Of a DNA stretch of 63,965 bases, positions 35,676-45,600 are shown in pieces. Within the stretch, counting starts at the first letter, position 1. Each line of letters begins with the position of its first letter. Both the position numbers and the translations under genes were made by a program. The stretch lies in IMG/VR virus record IMGVR_UViG_3300045988_132111; one strand, 5' to 3'. The notes under the pieces were generated by a model that saw nothing but the letters and a program-made list of their open reading frames with translations, was not told the origin of the DNA and searched no databases. This stretch comes from a virus.

Positions 35676-35879
35676 TTAGCGTATAGCCCCCAATCGAATC
35701 TCCTCTCCATATTCCGGACATATGATATGATCGTGGTAATCGTTAACAAATTCGAAAGCCGTCTCATTAAATTTTTTACTAGCAGCTTTTTTCACATCTT
35801 CTTTCTCATAGCTCAACAAAGCTCCACAGTTCATGCATTCTATATTTCTACGAGACCTTGGTTTAATAACTTTAATCAT
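35676..35879 (-). CDS. zinc-ribbon protein
   Basis: CMNCGA...(~35 aa)..ICPEYG. The ATG at 35879 follows AAAGGAG. Confidence 0.5.
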   Translation of the reverse strand: MIKVIKPRSRRNIECMNCGALLSYEKEDVKKAASKKFNETAFEFVNDYHDHIICPEYGEEIRLGAIR

Positions 35880-35896
35880 CTTTTTTATTTCTCCTT

Positions 35897-36208
35897 TCAC
35901 ATTTTGGGTTCTGCCCGATAACAAAAACTGTTGTCATATGCAATGATATTACATCCCCATAAATCGCAAGGAATTGCTCTCGGAACATGATCATTATCCG
36001 ATGTGAATCCTCGACAATGTATACAATCTATGCAATAACATTTTGCTAATGGTTTCTTTTCAAATCTGTGAGTGATTTCATATTCCCGCTTCATTCTATG
36101 TTTTGTTATTCTAATGTAATCTCGGATGTCCTCGATAATAATCAATAAGAACATTCCAATGGTAATAATAATTGCAAAAAACTCCAACCACAGCAAAAAC
36201 ATTAACAA
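35897..36208 (-). CDS. membrane-anchored Cys-rich protein
   Basis: N-terminal TM segment, then CYCIDCIHC..CDLWGC. Confidence 0.5.
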   Translation of the reverse strand: MLMFLLWLEFFAIIITIGMFLLIIIEDIRDYIRITKHRMKREYEITHRFEKKPLAKCYCIDCIHCRGFTSDNDHVPRAIPCDLWGCNIIAYDNSFCYRAEPKM

Positions 36209-36217
36209 TGATATCTT

Positions 36218-36505
36218 TCATTTTGTCTCCTCTTTTCTCATCTTTTCTCTTTCGGCATCAATCTTACCATCATCATATCCAGCCACGTATCCTAATCTGA
36301 TTTTGGGGTCTTTAAAGATAATATCCGCTCCTCTGGATTTTCGGATTAACGTAATTGCATCAATCAGCTCCTGCTTATCAATTTCAATCTGGTAAACATT
36401 TGATGTAAAATCACTAATTGTCTGAAATATAAATTGTTCCTGGGTTTCTTCGAATTTCATCACAATCTCACTAATCAGTTCATCACAGTGATAATTAACA
36501 TTCAT
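36218..36505 (-). CDS. hypothetical protein
   Basis: 95-aa ORF. Confidence 0.55.
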   Translation of the reverse strand: MNVNYHCDELISEIVMKFEETQEQFIFQTISDFTSNVYQIEIDKQELIDAITLIRKSRGADIIFKDPKIRLGYVAGYDDGKIDAEREKMRKEETK

Positions 36506-36507
36506 CC

Positions 36508-36825
36508 CTACTGATTACTCCTTTCCCTAGCCAGCTTCACATCAATCGCTTTCTGCATTTCTTCCGGTGTGACATTGAAAATGGACTCAAGAAGTTTTAA
36601 CGAAATATAAACGTCCGCCATCTCTTCTAAGAGTCCATATCTATCATCATACCCTCTGATTTGCTTACTTATCTGCTGCTGAAGTTCTGCCATTTCCTCC
36701 ATGCAAATAGTAGACTTGGTCTTCCAGTGCTCACGTTCTACACTACGTTGGATAATCCTTTCTCGTTCCATAGGTGACAACACAATATGCCCGTTCATTC
36801 CGGATATAAATTTTTCTTTCTGCAT
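36508..36825 (-). CDS. MazG-like nucleotide pyrophosphohydrolase
   Basis: EEMAEL...(~25 aa)...EEMADVYISL matches the EExxE...ExxD helix pair of the MazG family. Confidence 0.55.
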   Translation of the reverse strand: MQKEKFISGMNGHIVLSPMERERIIQRSVEREHWKTKSTICMEEMAELQQQISKQIRGYDDRYGLLEEMADVYISLKLLESIFNVTPEEMQKAIDVKLARERSNQ

Positions 36826-36829
36826 TGTT

Positions 36830-37033
36830 TTATCCTCTTCTTTTATGATGTTTGATTACACTGTATATAAATAGCGGAGGTCCAATTAATATCATACTTA
36901 GCACCGTTACGATAAGAGTAAAGTTGTCAAGACCGTCGAAGTATCCATCTGATTTATCCGAATAACAAAATCCAACACCTAAAAGCGTGCCAGTTATAAC
37001 CCATAATAATACGATAATTTTGATGATCAACAT
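36830..37033 (-). CDS. small membrane protein
   Basis: 67 aa with two TM segments. Confidence 0.5.
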   Translation of the reverse strand: MLIIKIIVLLWVITGTLLGVGFCYSDKSDGYFDGLDNFTLIVTVLSMILIGPPLFIYSVIKHHKRRG

Positions 37034-37044
37034 CTTTGCTCTCC

Positions 37045-37239
37045 TTATCTCATATGATTATAAAATCCTCTGCTAACAAACAGCACGCCCTTGATAAAAG
37101 CGTCGTTTGCTTTGGGGTTCACAGACTCTAAAATCTCTTTCATATTCTTACATACTTTTGTCATCGCACAACAATATCCGCAAGCAAACGTACATCCAAA
37201 AAATAAGATGGATAATGCAATATAAACAATTGTATTCAT
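37045..37239 (-). CDS. small membrane protein
   Basis: 64 aa with an N-terminal TM segment. Confidence 0.5.
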   Translation of the reverse strand: MNTIVYIALSILFFGCTFACGYCCAMTKVCKNMKEILESVNPKANDAFIKGVLFVSRGFYNHMR

Positions 37240-37375
37240 TTTTCATTCTCCTCCAGAAATTTCTGTAACTGCTCCATAACATATTTCTTGCCAGCTTCGA
37301 AACCGGTATTATAAGCAGCTGTGACTACATCCGTGGAACTGTCTAATATTTGTAAAAGAAACTCGCCGTATGTCA

Positions 37376-37591
37376 TCACTCTATTTCCTCATCATTAATA
37401 ATTTCGTCGTGCGCCGGTAGATGTCTCCATGTTAAAATCTGAACACCGTTTACTTTATCTTGATTCATAATCTGATTACAAATAGCCTGGAGCTGTCCGG
37501 CAGCCTGAATACCTCCATCAACTTGAATAACTAGGTTCCCGATACCGTTCTCAGTCATATATAAAACATAATAAGTCATTTTCACTTTCAT
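37376..37591 (-). CDS. hypothetical protein
   Basis: 71-aa ORF. Confidence 0.5.
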   Translation of the reverse strand: MKVKMTYYVLYMTENGIGNLVIQVDGGIQAAGQLQAICNQIMNQDKVNGVQILTWRHLPAHDEIINDEEIE

Positions 37592-37715
37592 TTGTGATTC
37601 CTCCCCTTCTTCTCTAAGTTATCAAAAAAATAAGCGATTCCCATTCCCATAAACATGCAGCCAACAGTTGCTAACACGCCAAGAATTCCAACTTTAATAA
37701 CAAATATCAGTGTGC

Positions 37716-37928
37716 TCAATTGTTACCCTCCATTTTCTTTAGCATTTTTATTTTCTTTAGCATTTTTACTCTCTTAGGATCTTCTACATACTCTACTGGC
37801 TTATGGGAATATAAATTCTTCGGCTCTGCCAGACATTCGTTGCATGGATCGTCAATATCTTCCTTATCGAAGTTCTCGCAAGTTTTGCAGTATTTAGCAA
37901 AATCTACCTCTTTATAATCGTATTGCAT
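37716..37928 (-). CDS. small Cys-rich protein
   Basis: CKTCENF..DPCNEC. Confidence 0.5.
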   Translation of the reverse strand: MQYDYKEVDFAKYCKTCENFDKEDIDDPCNECLAEPKNLYSHKPVEYVEDPKRVKMLKKIKMLKKMEGNN

Positions 37929-37993
37929 AAAATCATCCTTTCCAAAACAAAAAGAAGAGACCCGATTTTCTCGAATCCCTTCCGCTGTTAAAA

Positions 37994-38248
37994 TTACTTA
38001 AAGAACTGTCGCATTACAAATTTCTGATACCTTTTAGTCACCTCATACGCCGCATACTCTGTTGTGAAGCCATTAAGGACCCGATTTGAAAAATCCGTAA
38101 ATGATACGCCAAAGTTATTTCCATCCTTTCTTTTGATTTCAACAACCAGACTGTCATTTTCGTTAACCTTTACAAATATACCGCCTTTAATGACTTCTTT
38201 AAGTTTTTCGTATAAATGGTTACTAAACAATCGTTCGTAATCTAACAT
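37994..38248 (-). CDS. hypothetical protein
   Basis: The ATG at 38248 follows GAGGAGGAACAG. Box P4 lies inside the track's N-terminal extension. Confidence 0.55.
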   Translation of the reverse strand: MLDYERLFSNHLYEKLKEVIKGGIFVKVNENDSLVVEIKRKDGNNFGVSFTDFSNRVLNGFTTEYAAYEVTKRYQKFVMRQFFK

Positions 38249-38273
38249 GCATCTGTTCCTCCTCACATTTTTC

Positions 38274-38301
38274 TCATAAGAGGAACTGTTTTCTACGCGA
38301 T
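38274..38301 (-). promoter_or_regulatory. promoter-like box P4
   Basis: Coding strand: ATCGCG-TAGAAAACAGTTCCTC-TTATGA followed by GAAAAATG. Confidence 0.5.
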
Positions 38302-38474
38302 TACTCTTCATCATAATCTTCTACCTTAAAACCAAAGCACCATTTTATCATTAGTTTCTGGAACCAGTTGAAATGGTGATCAACTATAAAATGTATTGAA
38401 CTTAAACCAGCCCCGATACTAATTTTTGCGCCATTTTTGATCTGAGGTGTTTGTGTCTCTACGTCAATTTCCAT
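38301..38474 (-). CDS. small hypothetical protein (57 aa, not in the track)
   Basis: Own translation: MEIDVETQTPQIKNGAKISIGAGLSSIHFIVDHHFNWFQKLMIKWCFGFKVEDYDEE. Confidence 0.35.
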   Translation of the reverse strand: MEIDVETQTPQIKNGAKISIGAGLSSIHFIVDHHFNWFQKLMIKWCFGFKVEDYDEE

Positions 38475-38655
38475 TCTTCTCCTCCAATGCTTTAATTGCC
38501 TTATGCAAAGCCAGACTAAATGTGAATCTAATCATAGATTTCATATCCGCCCTTGGTGCTGGTGTATTTTTTATCATATTCCGTAGAATATTAGCTGCTT
38601 CTTGATCTGTCATAGCCGTCTCGAAAAATTCAAAATCATCTTTACTTAATTCCAT
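38464..38655 (-). CDS. hypothetical protein
   Basis: 63-aa ORF that overlaps the helicase stop. Confidence 0.5.
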   Translation of the reverse strand: MELSKDDFEFFETAMTDQEAANILRNMIKNTPAPRADMKSMIRFTFSLALHKAIKALEEKNGN

Positions 38656-39881
38656 TTGGTAAATTTCCTTTCATTGAACTTCTTTTTCTTATCAAGTGCT
38701 TTGCTAATCGCCAGGTCAATGCCGCTTCTACTCTTCAGATGGTAGTAATATAAATCCTTAAACGGTGTATTCAGTCTGTCGATTCTGCCGCAAGCCTGTT
38801 TCATTACTTTGTAGCTGTAGTTTTGTGAGAAGAATATAATCGTGTCTGTTTTAATACAATTCCATCCCTCACACCCCGCAGTGTACTGAACCAAATACAC
38901 CCAATGTTTGTTATCCGGAACGGGCATGTGAGCGTGTCCTGACCATTCAGCTACCTCGAAGCCGATGTATTCATCGTCACTAAAGAGATGTAACAACATA
39001 TCACGCTCATAATCAAAATTGTAAAATATAATAGCCCTTGGAGTTTTCTCTAAAATCTCCATCAGAGCTATTACCCGAGATTCGTCCTCATTCACAATTC
39101 TTCTCAGTATGTAACATAGCTGAGATGCCTGACCAATTGGTTCATTTTTAAATGGGTCCCATCTGTTCCGGATTACGCCTTTGTATTTCGGAATATCATA
39201 CTTACAATATACGTCCAAATGGTGTGGAACAGTGCTTCGTTCTAACTTGATATCAACAAGAATACTGTCCCGTAACCGAACAAGTCTTCCCGTATTCAAA
39301 TACCGGTCTATCTGAGGGTATTTTGTGAATCTGGAATATACCACATGCTCTCTTATGAACTCCGTTTTATTTTTATAGAATCCGTTAGCGATGAATACCG
39401 GAATATAATCAGACCATGTGTCACCCGGAGTAGCTGATAGAATAATCCAATGGTTATGTTTAGCTATTTTAAGAAAAGCTTTTACCCATGCTCCAGAACC
39501 ACACACTCTATCCTCATCAAATATAAAGAACGCCCCCGTTATATCTGCGTATTTTTTGATGTTGTTCCAGGAATCCACCACAATACTCTGTCCCGGATAC
39601 AAAGTATTTAACTCCGAGTTTGTCGACATACGATAATTTGAGATCTCTGAGTCCCATTCACAACTGTCTCTTTTCATAGCAGTCGTGATGATGTATAAAT
39701 CCTGTGGTGGCTTTTTCATAGGTACAAAAGACTGATCTATAAAACTACCACCATTTTCTTTGAAATAATAATATAAACCAGTCCGTGATTTCCCTGTGCC
39801 AACACCGCCGTTGAGTATACAGCCGTTCTTCATTTTATTAACGGCATCCATCTGGCAATCACGTAGGAATTGGTTAGACAT
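38646..39881 (-). CDS. SF2 (DEAD/SNF2-like) helicase
   Basis: Walker A GVGTGKS, Walker B FIFDEDR, motif III LSATPG, motif VI QACGRIDR. Confidence 0.8.
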   Translation of the reverse strand: MSNQFLRDCQMDAVNKMKNGCILNGGVGTGKSRTGLYYYFKENGGSFIDQSFVPMKKPPQDLYIITTAMKRDSCEWDSEISNYRMSTNSELNTLYPGQSIVVDSWNNIKKYADITGAFFIFDEDRVCGSGAWVKAFLKIAKHNHWIILSATPGDTWSDYIPVFIANGFYKNKTEFIREHVVYSRFTKYPQIDRYLNTGRLVRLRDSILVDIKLERSTVPHHLDVYCKYDIPKYKGVIRNRWDPFKNEPIGQASQLCYILRRIVNEDESRVIALMEILEKTPRAIIFYNFDYERDMLLHLFSDDEYIGFEVAEWSGHAHMPVPDNKHWVYLVQYTAGCEGWNCIKTDTIIFFSQNYSYKVMKQACGRIDRLNTPFKDLYYYHLKSRSGIDLAISKALDKKKKFNERKFTKWN

Positions 39882-39961
39882 GATTTACTCCTTTTTCAGA
39901 AGTCCGCGTTCTTGTCCCAATATTATTACTATCGTTCATGGTTGGTCTCATTTTATTCCTC

Positions 39962-40132
39962 CTACATTCGGTGTCTGGCATCATGAAGAATCCTCTGACG
40001 TTTATTCGGATCTGGTTCATCCTCCAGCCGCCTTATAACTTCTTTTGGATATAAAAGTTCCTTGGCCGCTGTAACATCTTCTCTCCATGACAAAACAGCA
40101 CTTGGTTCTTTTACTTTGCCCCATTTAATCAT
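39962..40132 (-). CDS. small hypothetical protein (56 aa, not in the track)
   Basis: Own translation: MIKWGKVKEPSAVLSWREDVTAAKELLYPKEVIRRLEDEPDPNKRQRILHDARHRM. Confidence 0.4.
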   Translation of the reverse strand: MIKWGKVKEPSAVLSWREDVTAAKELLYPKEVIRRLEDEPDPNKRQRILHDARHRM

Positions 40133-40394
40133 CTTGACTTCCCTTCTTCAGTTCATACCCATCAATTTGTCCAATTGCCATTTTCTTTACGTTCTGAAGT
40201 AAGTCAATCATTCGATCAATCTCAGCAGTATCTAGAAAAACAATCGCCATTTGTTCTGGCGGCTCTGATGGATTCTTGGTAAACATGTTCAGTCTTGCCA
40301 TAGTCGCACGATAGCACTGTAATGTAGATTTTATAATGAATGTGATATCGGTTGTTTCATCTGCGTTTTTATTTCCACGAATTTTAATTTTCAT
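40125..40394 (-). CDS. hypothetical protein
   Basis: 89-aa ORF. Confidence 0.5.
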   Translation of the reverse strand: MKIKIRGNKNADETTDITFIIKSTLQCYRATMARLNMFTKNPSEPPEQMAIVFLDTAEIDRMIDLLQNVKKMAIGQIDGYELKKGSQDD

Positions 40395-40707
40395 CTTCTA
40401 TTTCCTCCAATATAAATCCATCTTCAACTTCCGCAATATATTTTTTATCAGGGAATTCATTAACAGTCATCTTAGGACCACATGCAAGAAACAACATAGC
40501 AACGGTCAATTCTGAATCATTGAACCTTTGCTTATAAAATTCTTTGATTTTTTGATAAGCAGAAGGCGTTATGCAAATTTTTCGGCAGTCAAAGGTGTGT
40601 TTTTCATCATCATACGGTACATCATAACCGAGATGTTTCGCTACGTTTGCATAGAACTTATCCAGTGGACAGTAGCATTCTTCCTCTTTTAAAAATATAG
40701 TCTGCAT
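40384..40707 (-). CDS. hypothetical protein
   Basis: The ATG at 40707 overlaps the RadC stop (TAATG). Confidence 0.5.
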   Translation of the reverse strand: MQTIFLKEEECYCPLDKFYANVAKHLGYDVPYDDEKHTFDCRKICITPSAYQKIKEFYKQRFNDSELTVAMLFLACGPKMTVNEFPDKKYIAEVEDGFILEEIEDEN

Positions 40708-41174
40708 TATAAAATTCCTTCCTCCGCAAAACTTTTGTATACCCAATCGCCAAGAATGATAGAGTCGACAAAAGGAATACCTAACAATTCGCCAAGTTTC
40801 TTTAATTCATTACTCACATTTAGGTCTTCTTTACTTGGCGTAGGATCGCCAGATGGATGATTATGAACCATTATCATTTTAGCGGCATTGGACAGCAAAA
40901 TTTTTTGTGCTATACCACGCCGGTCTACGAGACATGTATCGTTGTTCCCAATACCAATTTCAAAAAAGGCTTTTAATCTAAATTTCATGTTAAAACTCAA
41001 TAAAAATACATGTTCTTCAGAATATGTATCCCATTCCATAGTACGGCATAATTGATATACTTTTTCACTATTGGTAAAGCTATTTTCTATTTCTGGGATA
41101 TACTTTGAGAACACCAGATCCAAAGTAACGAATCCATTTCCATTGAGCCTCGTTTCGTATTTTCTTATATTCAT
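40707..41174 (-). CDS. radC: RadC-like JAB/MPN domain protein
   Basis: MVHNHPSGDPTPSKEDL is a JAMM motif. The ATG at 41174 is used because the track extension translates a terminator repeat. Confidence 0.85.
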   Translation of the reverse strand: MNIRKYETRLNGNGFVTLDLVFSKYIPEIENSFTNSEKVYQLCRTMEWDTYSEEHVFLLSFNMKFRLKAFFEIGIGNNDTCLVDRRGIAQKILLSNAAKMIMVHNHPSGDPTPSKEDLNVSNELKKLGELLGIPFVDSIILGDWVYKSFAEEGIL

Positions 41175-41197
41175 TATCGCCCTTTCATTAGAAATTA

Positions 41198-41226
41198 AAA
41201 GAGCCTCAGCTATTTCTAGCCAAAGC
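41198..41226 (-). terminator. 29-bp repeat copy 1 (GAAA-tetraloop hairpin)
   Basis: aaagagcctcagctatttctagccaaagc. The coding strand folds as GCTTTGGCTA-GAAA-TAGCTGAGGC followed by TCTTT. Confidence 0.6.
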
Positions 41227-41285
41227 CCTTTTACGGTAAACAATTCTACAATTATGAATCTTCAGAGACTTGTTTTTATCGCGTA

Positions 41286-41765
41286 TTACTCTTCGGGACT
41301 TTCTTCCTCAGCATATCTCGCGGCAAAACGATCAATATTCTGAGTTACCTCCATAGCTGATAAATATGCCGCACGACCGTTCTTTCCGCCAAACTCCCAA
41401 TCATATGGACGAATATCCATGTTCACACTCTGAATATCAATCTCGTCGAGCATAGCAATCATCTCCTCGTCGATAAGATTATGAGCCTCCCCTGTGAGAA
41501 GATAAACTTTCGGACCACGAGCATTGAATTTCACTTTGATTGGAAGATACATGAATGGACCTTCTTCCTCGTCTCTTGGAGGATTGACTTTTACATTCCA
41601 CCCTTCGGCAGTCAGTCTCTCAGCAGTCTCCTCGTCTGGAATAACCATAGCGAAATTTCTATCACCCTCTCTGTTATACTGAGACGGAGCGCCTGCAAAG
41701 TTTCTAAAGATGATTCTTGCACCATCTACTTGAATGTTACCATTGTTTAAAAATCTTAATTCCAT
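41286..41765 (-). CDS. candidate ssDNA-binding protein (gp2.5-like)
   Basis: Acidic C-terminal tail (YAEEESPEE). The segment ..IRPYDWEFGGKNGRAAYLSAMEV recalls the T7 gp2.5 C-terminal strand pattern. It lies next to the replication genes. Confidence 0.4.
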   Translation of the reverse strand: MELRFLNNGNIQVDGARIIFRNFAGAPSQYNREGDRNFAMVIPDEETAERLTAEGWNVKVNPPRDEEEGPFMYLPIKVKFNARGPKVYLLTGEAHNLIDEEMIAMLDEIDIQSVNMDIRPYDWEFGGKNGRAAYLSAMEVTQNIDRFAARYAEEESPEE

Positions 41766-41935
41766 TGTTTCTATCTCCTTCTGATATAATATTTTCTTAT
41801 ATATTTCTTTTGATAATGAATACCGTCATCTGTATCCAAGTAATCGCCAACGATGCGATAATCAATAAGTCTTCTAAAACCTAACTTGTATAGTAATCCA
41901 AGCAACTATTCCTTCCTCCTGAATAAATATAAAAG

Positions 41936-41964
41936 AAAGAGCCTCAGCTATTTCTAGCCAAAGC
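41936..41964 (-). terminator. 29-bp repeat copy 2
   Basis: Identical 29-mer to copy 1. Confidence 0.6.
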
Positions 41965-41975
41965 CTTTCTGTGAG

Positions 41976-42167
41976 TTATTTTCTTAGGAAATAATTCATT
42001 GTCACAACATACACAGTAATACCAACCCCTGCCTGCGCCGTTTTTCTTATTGCCGTGGCTGTAGTGTCTGTATCTTCGATATTGTTAATCGTGTTTAAAG
42101 CACCATAGCCTCCCAATACGCCACCTACCCAAAGTATAGCGTTAGCTACCATTTCTGTTTTTCTCAT
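41976..42167 (-). CDS. small membrane protein
   Basis: 63 aa. AAGGAGGAAAT RBS. Confidence 0.55.
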   Translation of the reverse strand: MRKTEMVANAILWVGGVLGGYGALNTINNIEDTDTTATAIRKTAQAGVGITVYVVTMNYFLRK

Positions 42168-42194
42168 ATAAATTTCCTCCTTGAAATATTTTTC

Positions 42195-42222
42195 TCATAA
42201 CAGAGACTGTATTTTGCGCGAA
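42195..42222 (-). promoter_or_regulatory. promoter-like box P5
   Basis: Coding strand: TTCGCG-CAAAATACAGTCTCTG-TTATGA followed by GAAAAATATTTCAAGGAGG. Confidence 0.55.
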
Positions 42223-42239
42223 TATTGGATAAACGAAAG

Positions 42240-42268
42240 AAAGAGCCTCAGCTATTTCTAGCCAAAGC
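42240..42268 (-). terminator. 29-bp repeat copy 3
   Basis: Identical 29-mer. A 12-bp stem is possible here (GAGCTTTGGCTA/TAGCTGAGGCTC). Confidence 0.65.
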
Positions 42269-42278
42269 TCCACTTCTT

Positions 42279-42560
42279 TTAAAACAGTGGTATCAAACCC
42301 TCGAATATAATTTTGATATCATGTTCGTTAATTGGAATTAGTGTAAATGATATGTTCTTTTTCTTCCATACAAACCTCTGTCCTTCAATAGTTCTTGGAA
42401 AACCCAACCCGTCAAAAGCATCGTTCAATGACACCCATGAGCTATGTTCCAATCTACTTTTTAGATTGTTTTCTACGATTTGAATAAACATTACATTTGC
42501 TTCCCGGCTGTTTGTCCAATATGGAACATCTTTGTCATATACCCTTTCTATTCGTTTCAT
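42279..42560 (-). CDS. stand-alone copy of the LxDxYDxLG..GW C-terminal module
   Basis: VSLNDAFDGLGFPRTIEGQRFVWKK. The ATG at 42560 lies downstream of box P6. Confidence 0.55.
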   Translation of the reverse strand: MKRIERVYDKDVPYWTNSREANVMFIQIVENNLKSRLEHSSWVSLNDAFDGLGFPRTIEGQRFVWKKKNISFTLIPINEHDIKIIFEGLIPLF

Positions 42561-42578
42561 AAAAATATCACTCCTTTC

Positions 42579-42606
42579 TCGTAATAGAGACTGTATTTTA
42601 CGCGAA
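42579..42606 (-). promoter_or_regulatory. promoter-like box P6
   Basis: Coding strand: TTCGCG-TAAAATACAGTCTCTA-TTACGA. It overlaps the polymerase stop codon. Confidence 0.5.
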
Positions 42607-45600
42607 CGGAATTTCTTCTGGCGCATCTTCTGGAATGTTCATAAAATCCTCAAGTCTCGGTGGTGAGGTATAGGGGTCATCAGATACGAACCATTCAAAG
42701 TCACCGTACTTGGATATGGCTTCTACCGCATCATCCACAAGTTTATCATAGAATGAACGGTCAATAAACTCGTCATTTCCGCCGTTAAACATGACATCGG
42801 ACTCCAACCAACGGTACCCAGTGGTTCCAGTTGCTGCGTAGTATTTACCTTCTTGTTCTCTTACAAGAACTCCGCCACCTTTACCAGTTTTAACCGGACA
42901 GAACTCCCCAACCTTTCCCACAAAGTGATAATCATGACCTTCTGCTATTTTTTCAGCAAGCTCTGTAGCTTCGGGTTCGAATAGTGTATCAGACAATTTG
43001 CCTTTTTTGTAATCGTTCTCGATCTTCTCCAAACGCTTCTCATATCCAGATACATCTGGAAGTTTCTCATTCATATCCAAATATAAAGCTGATTTTACAG
43101 AGAATGTTTCGCACATATCCCGAATGTCGACAGGTTCTTTGCTAAATAATGTCTTAAATACATATGGTACCGCAAACTGCTTACCTGTAGCTGTCCATGG
43201 GTCTTTAATGTGATCCGCATTGTCTCCTGGAATATATCCATATAACTGCTCGCATTCTTCTGGCTTTTTGTATTTGGCAATATAAACCGCGTTATTCACA
43301 AGGCACATACGGTCATAGGTCGCCTCGTGTTCGAATGTATATCCATATCTCTTACCAAAGTCCATAACAAATTTGATAATCTCTGGTGTGGCATCTGGAA
43401 TCTTGATTGAGTCTGTCTTAATATGTGCAACAGTAAAACCTCGTTTCTGAACCTCATTCTTCAGATCTACCATGAACAGTGCGCCTCGTTTAGCCACAAT
43501 GTTGTCCTTATTACGAATATCACGGAACGCATTGTCGAATTTGGCTGAAGTTAGGCCGTATACAGAGTTAATTGCTGTCTTTAGTGCATTAGCCAAATCC
43601 TTAGCTGTCATTTCACCATCAATTACCTTCTGGATATAAGGCGTCAACTTCCCGTCAAGCATATGATTGACCTCGTCCCAGGCTTTATGTTTTATACTCA
43701 CACGACCCTCAACGATGTCACGGAACGCCTTGGTATATCTCACTCCAAATAAGACTTCAGCAATCGTACTGTGAGGATGCATGGAAGCAATGTCCAGCAA
43801 CGCGACATTTCCATACGTACCAGGCTCTGCATATACATACCCACCTTCTCCGACTTCTTCTCCTCGATAGATTGAGACTCCGTTTTCGTATCTATATCCC
43901 GGAAAATACGGAAGTAATGACCCCGCCTCCCCATGGGTTTGACTCATCATTTCAGGACACGCTTCAGCAAGGAATTGATATGTATCCTCATCCAAGTCGA
44001 GCACTGGTTCTGCAAGATTCCGATAATGGAACTCATTCTGAGGGTTCTTATTATTTCCAAATATAAATTTTGTTGTGAGCGTATTTGTGGTGTCATTCAC
44101 ACTCATCCCTGCGAGATCTGCCAGAATCTGTCTTGCTGTCCAATCTGATTTCAAATAATAAAAGCCCGCCTCAGTAGCAATAACATCGTCATCGCAATAC
44201 TCAGCAACCTCTTGCCATCTTGATTCTGGAACTGGCTGATCCCACGGAAGTCCAAGCTCATGATGTTTAATGCCTTTCAGCATCTCTCTTAGATCATCGT
44301 CCATCTTAGATTTTGGATCGTTTGCAACATTACTCATCTCAATCTCAAGTTTTTTCAGACTCTTTTTATTACCAGCTGAGGCGAAGTCGTAGACATCCGT
44401 ATAAGAAAGATTGTATGCCTCGCCGAATGTGTACTTTTTTTTTTCGCCTTTTTTTGTGTTGATGATATGCTGGGAAAGTTCATATATCTGCTGATTGTCA
44501 TAACCGAGCATGCAAGCATAAAGCATGTGATTATCGTACTGTCTGCAGTTAAATCCAATCAGCCTGTATTTTATAAGCTCTGCGATATCTGTTGGTCTTG
44601 GATTGATAAGTCTGACAATAGGTTTATCTTTTCCTTGAAATTTCCAATTTACAAGAAATAGATTAGGAAATACCTCACAATCAAAAAATATAATAGGCTT
44701 TTCTACATCGCCTGTGGTATTGGGAGCAGCTTCTTCAGACTTGAATTTCATTTTAGACACAAGCTTGATACAAAGGTCAGACTGATTTGAACTTTGGGCT
44801 GCGAAAGCGTACACAGCGTTCTTCATATCGGATACATCATAGCTCATGCCGCTGTTGTAAGCATCTTCAAGTACTTTATAAATGAAGTCCACGTTCGGTT
44901 TAGTCCCCTGGGGATGAACTTCTTTTGCTAAGCACTTCTTTATAGTTGTTCTCAGTCCCTTTTCAGACTGAATAATATCTGTACTTATCATTTTTTCCTC
45001 CTTCATTGGTAAACCTGAACTGATTGTTGCTATCAACAAAGAATTACATAAAGTAAGTTTTCTTCTGAGTGAGCTGTTGCCAGTAAACACTTTGATCTCA
45101 ATGTCTTTGTCGTATATTCTGGAAAGCTTAGATACGTCCCCTTTGTAAATATAATGAAGATGTAATCCAGCACCACCCTTACTTACCTCAGCATACGTAG
45201 CAGGCCATTTGCTGGCGGCTTCCAAATTCTTCTCAAGAGATTTGTTTCCATCCTCGTCTTTGAGATCGAAGTCGATTACGATCAACCATTCTGGAACTTT
45301 GACATAATGAAGCTTAGAAACATCCAGATCTTTGAGTTTGGTCTTGACTTTCGTCCATCCCTTTCTTGGGGTTTCGTCCGAGTTAGCGTACTGAGCGGGA
45401 GCGTCGCTACAGAGATCCTCGAAAGGTCCAATTTTTCCAACTTCAGATTTCTCAAGTTTGATCCATGAAGCTCTTCTGCTTTTATCATCATCTCTTACCT
45501 CTTTTACTTTTTTCTCAAAAATATCACTGCGAAAACCGCTATACACGTTCCTTGAACCGGCGCCATCATTAAAGGTCTCTGTGAACTCCCGAAAATAGTT

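Noticed and set aside
41175-41243. N-terminal extension of the RadC ORF (MFTVKGLWLEIAEALLISNERAI).
   Set aside because: GLWLEIAEAL is the translation of the 29-bp terminator repeat, which also occurs in two non-coding positions.
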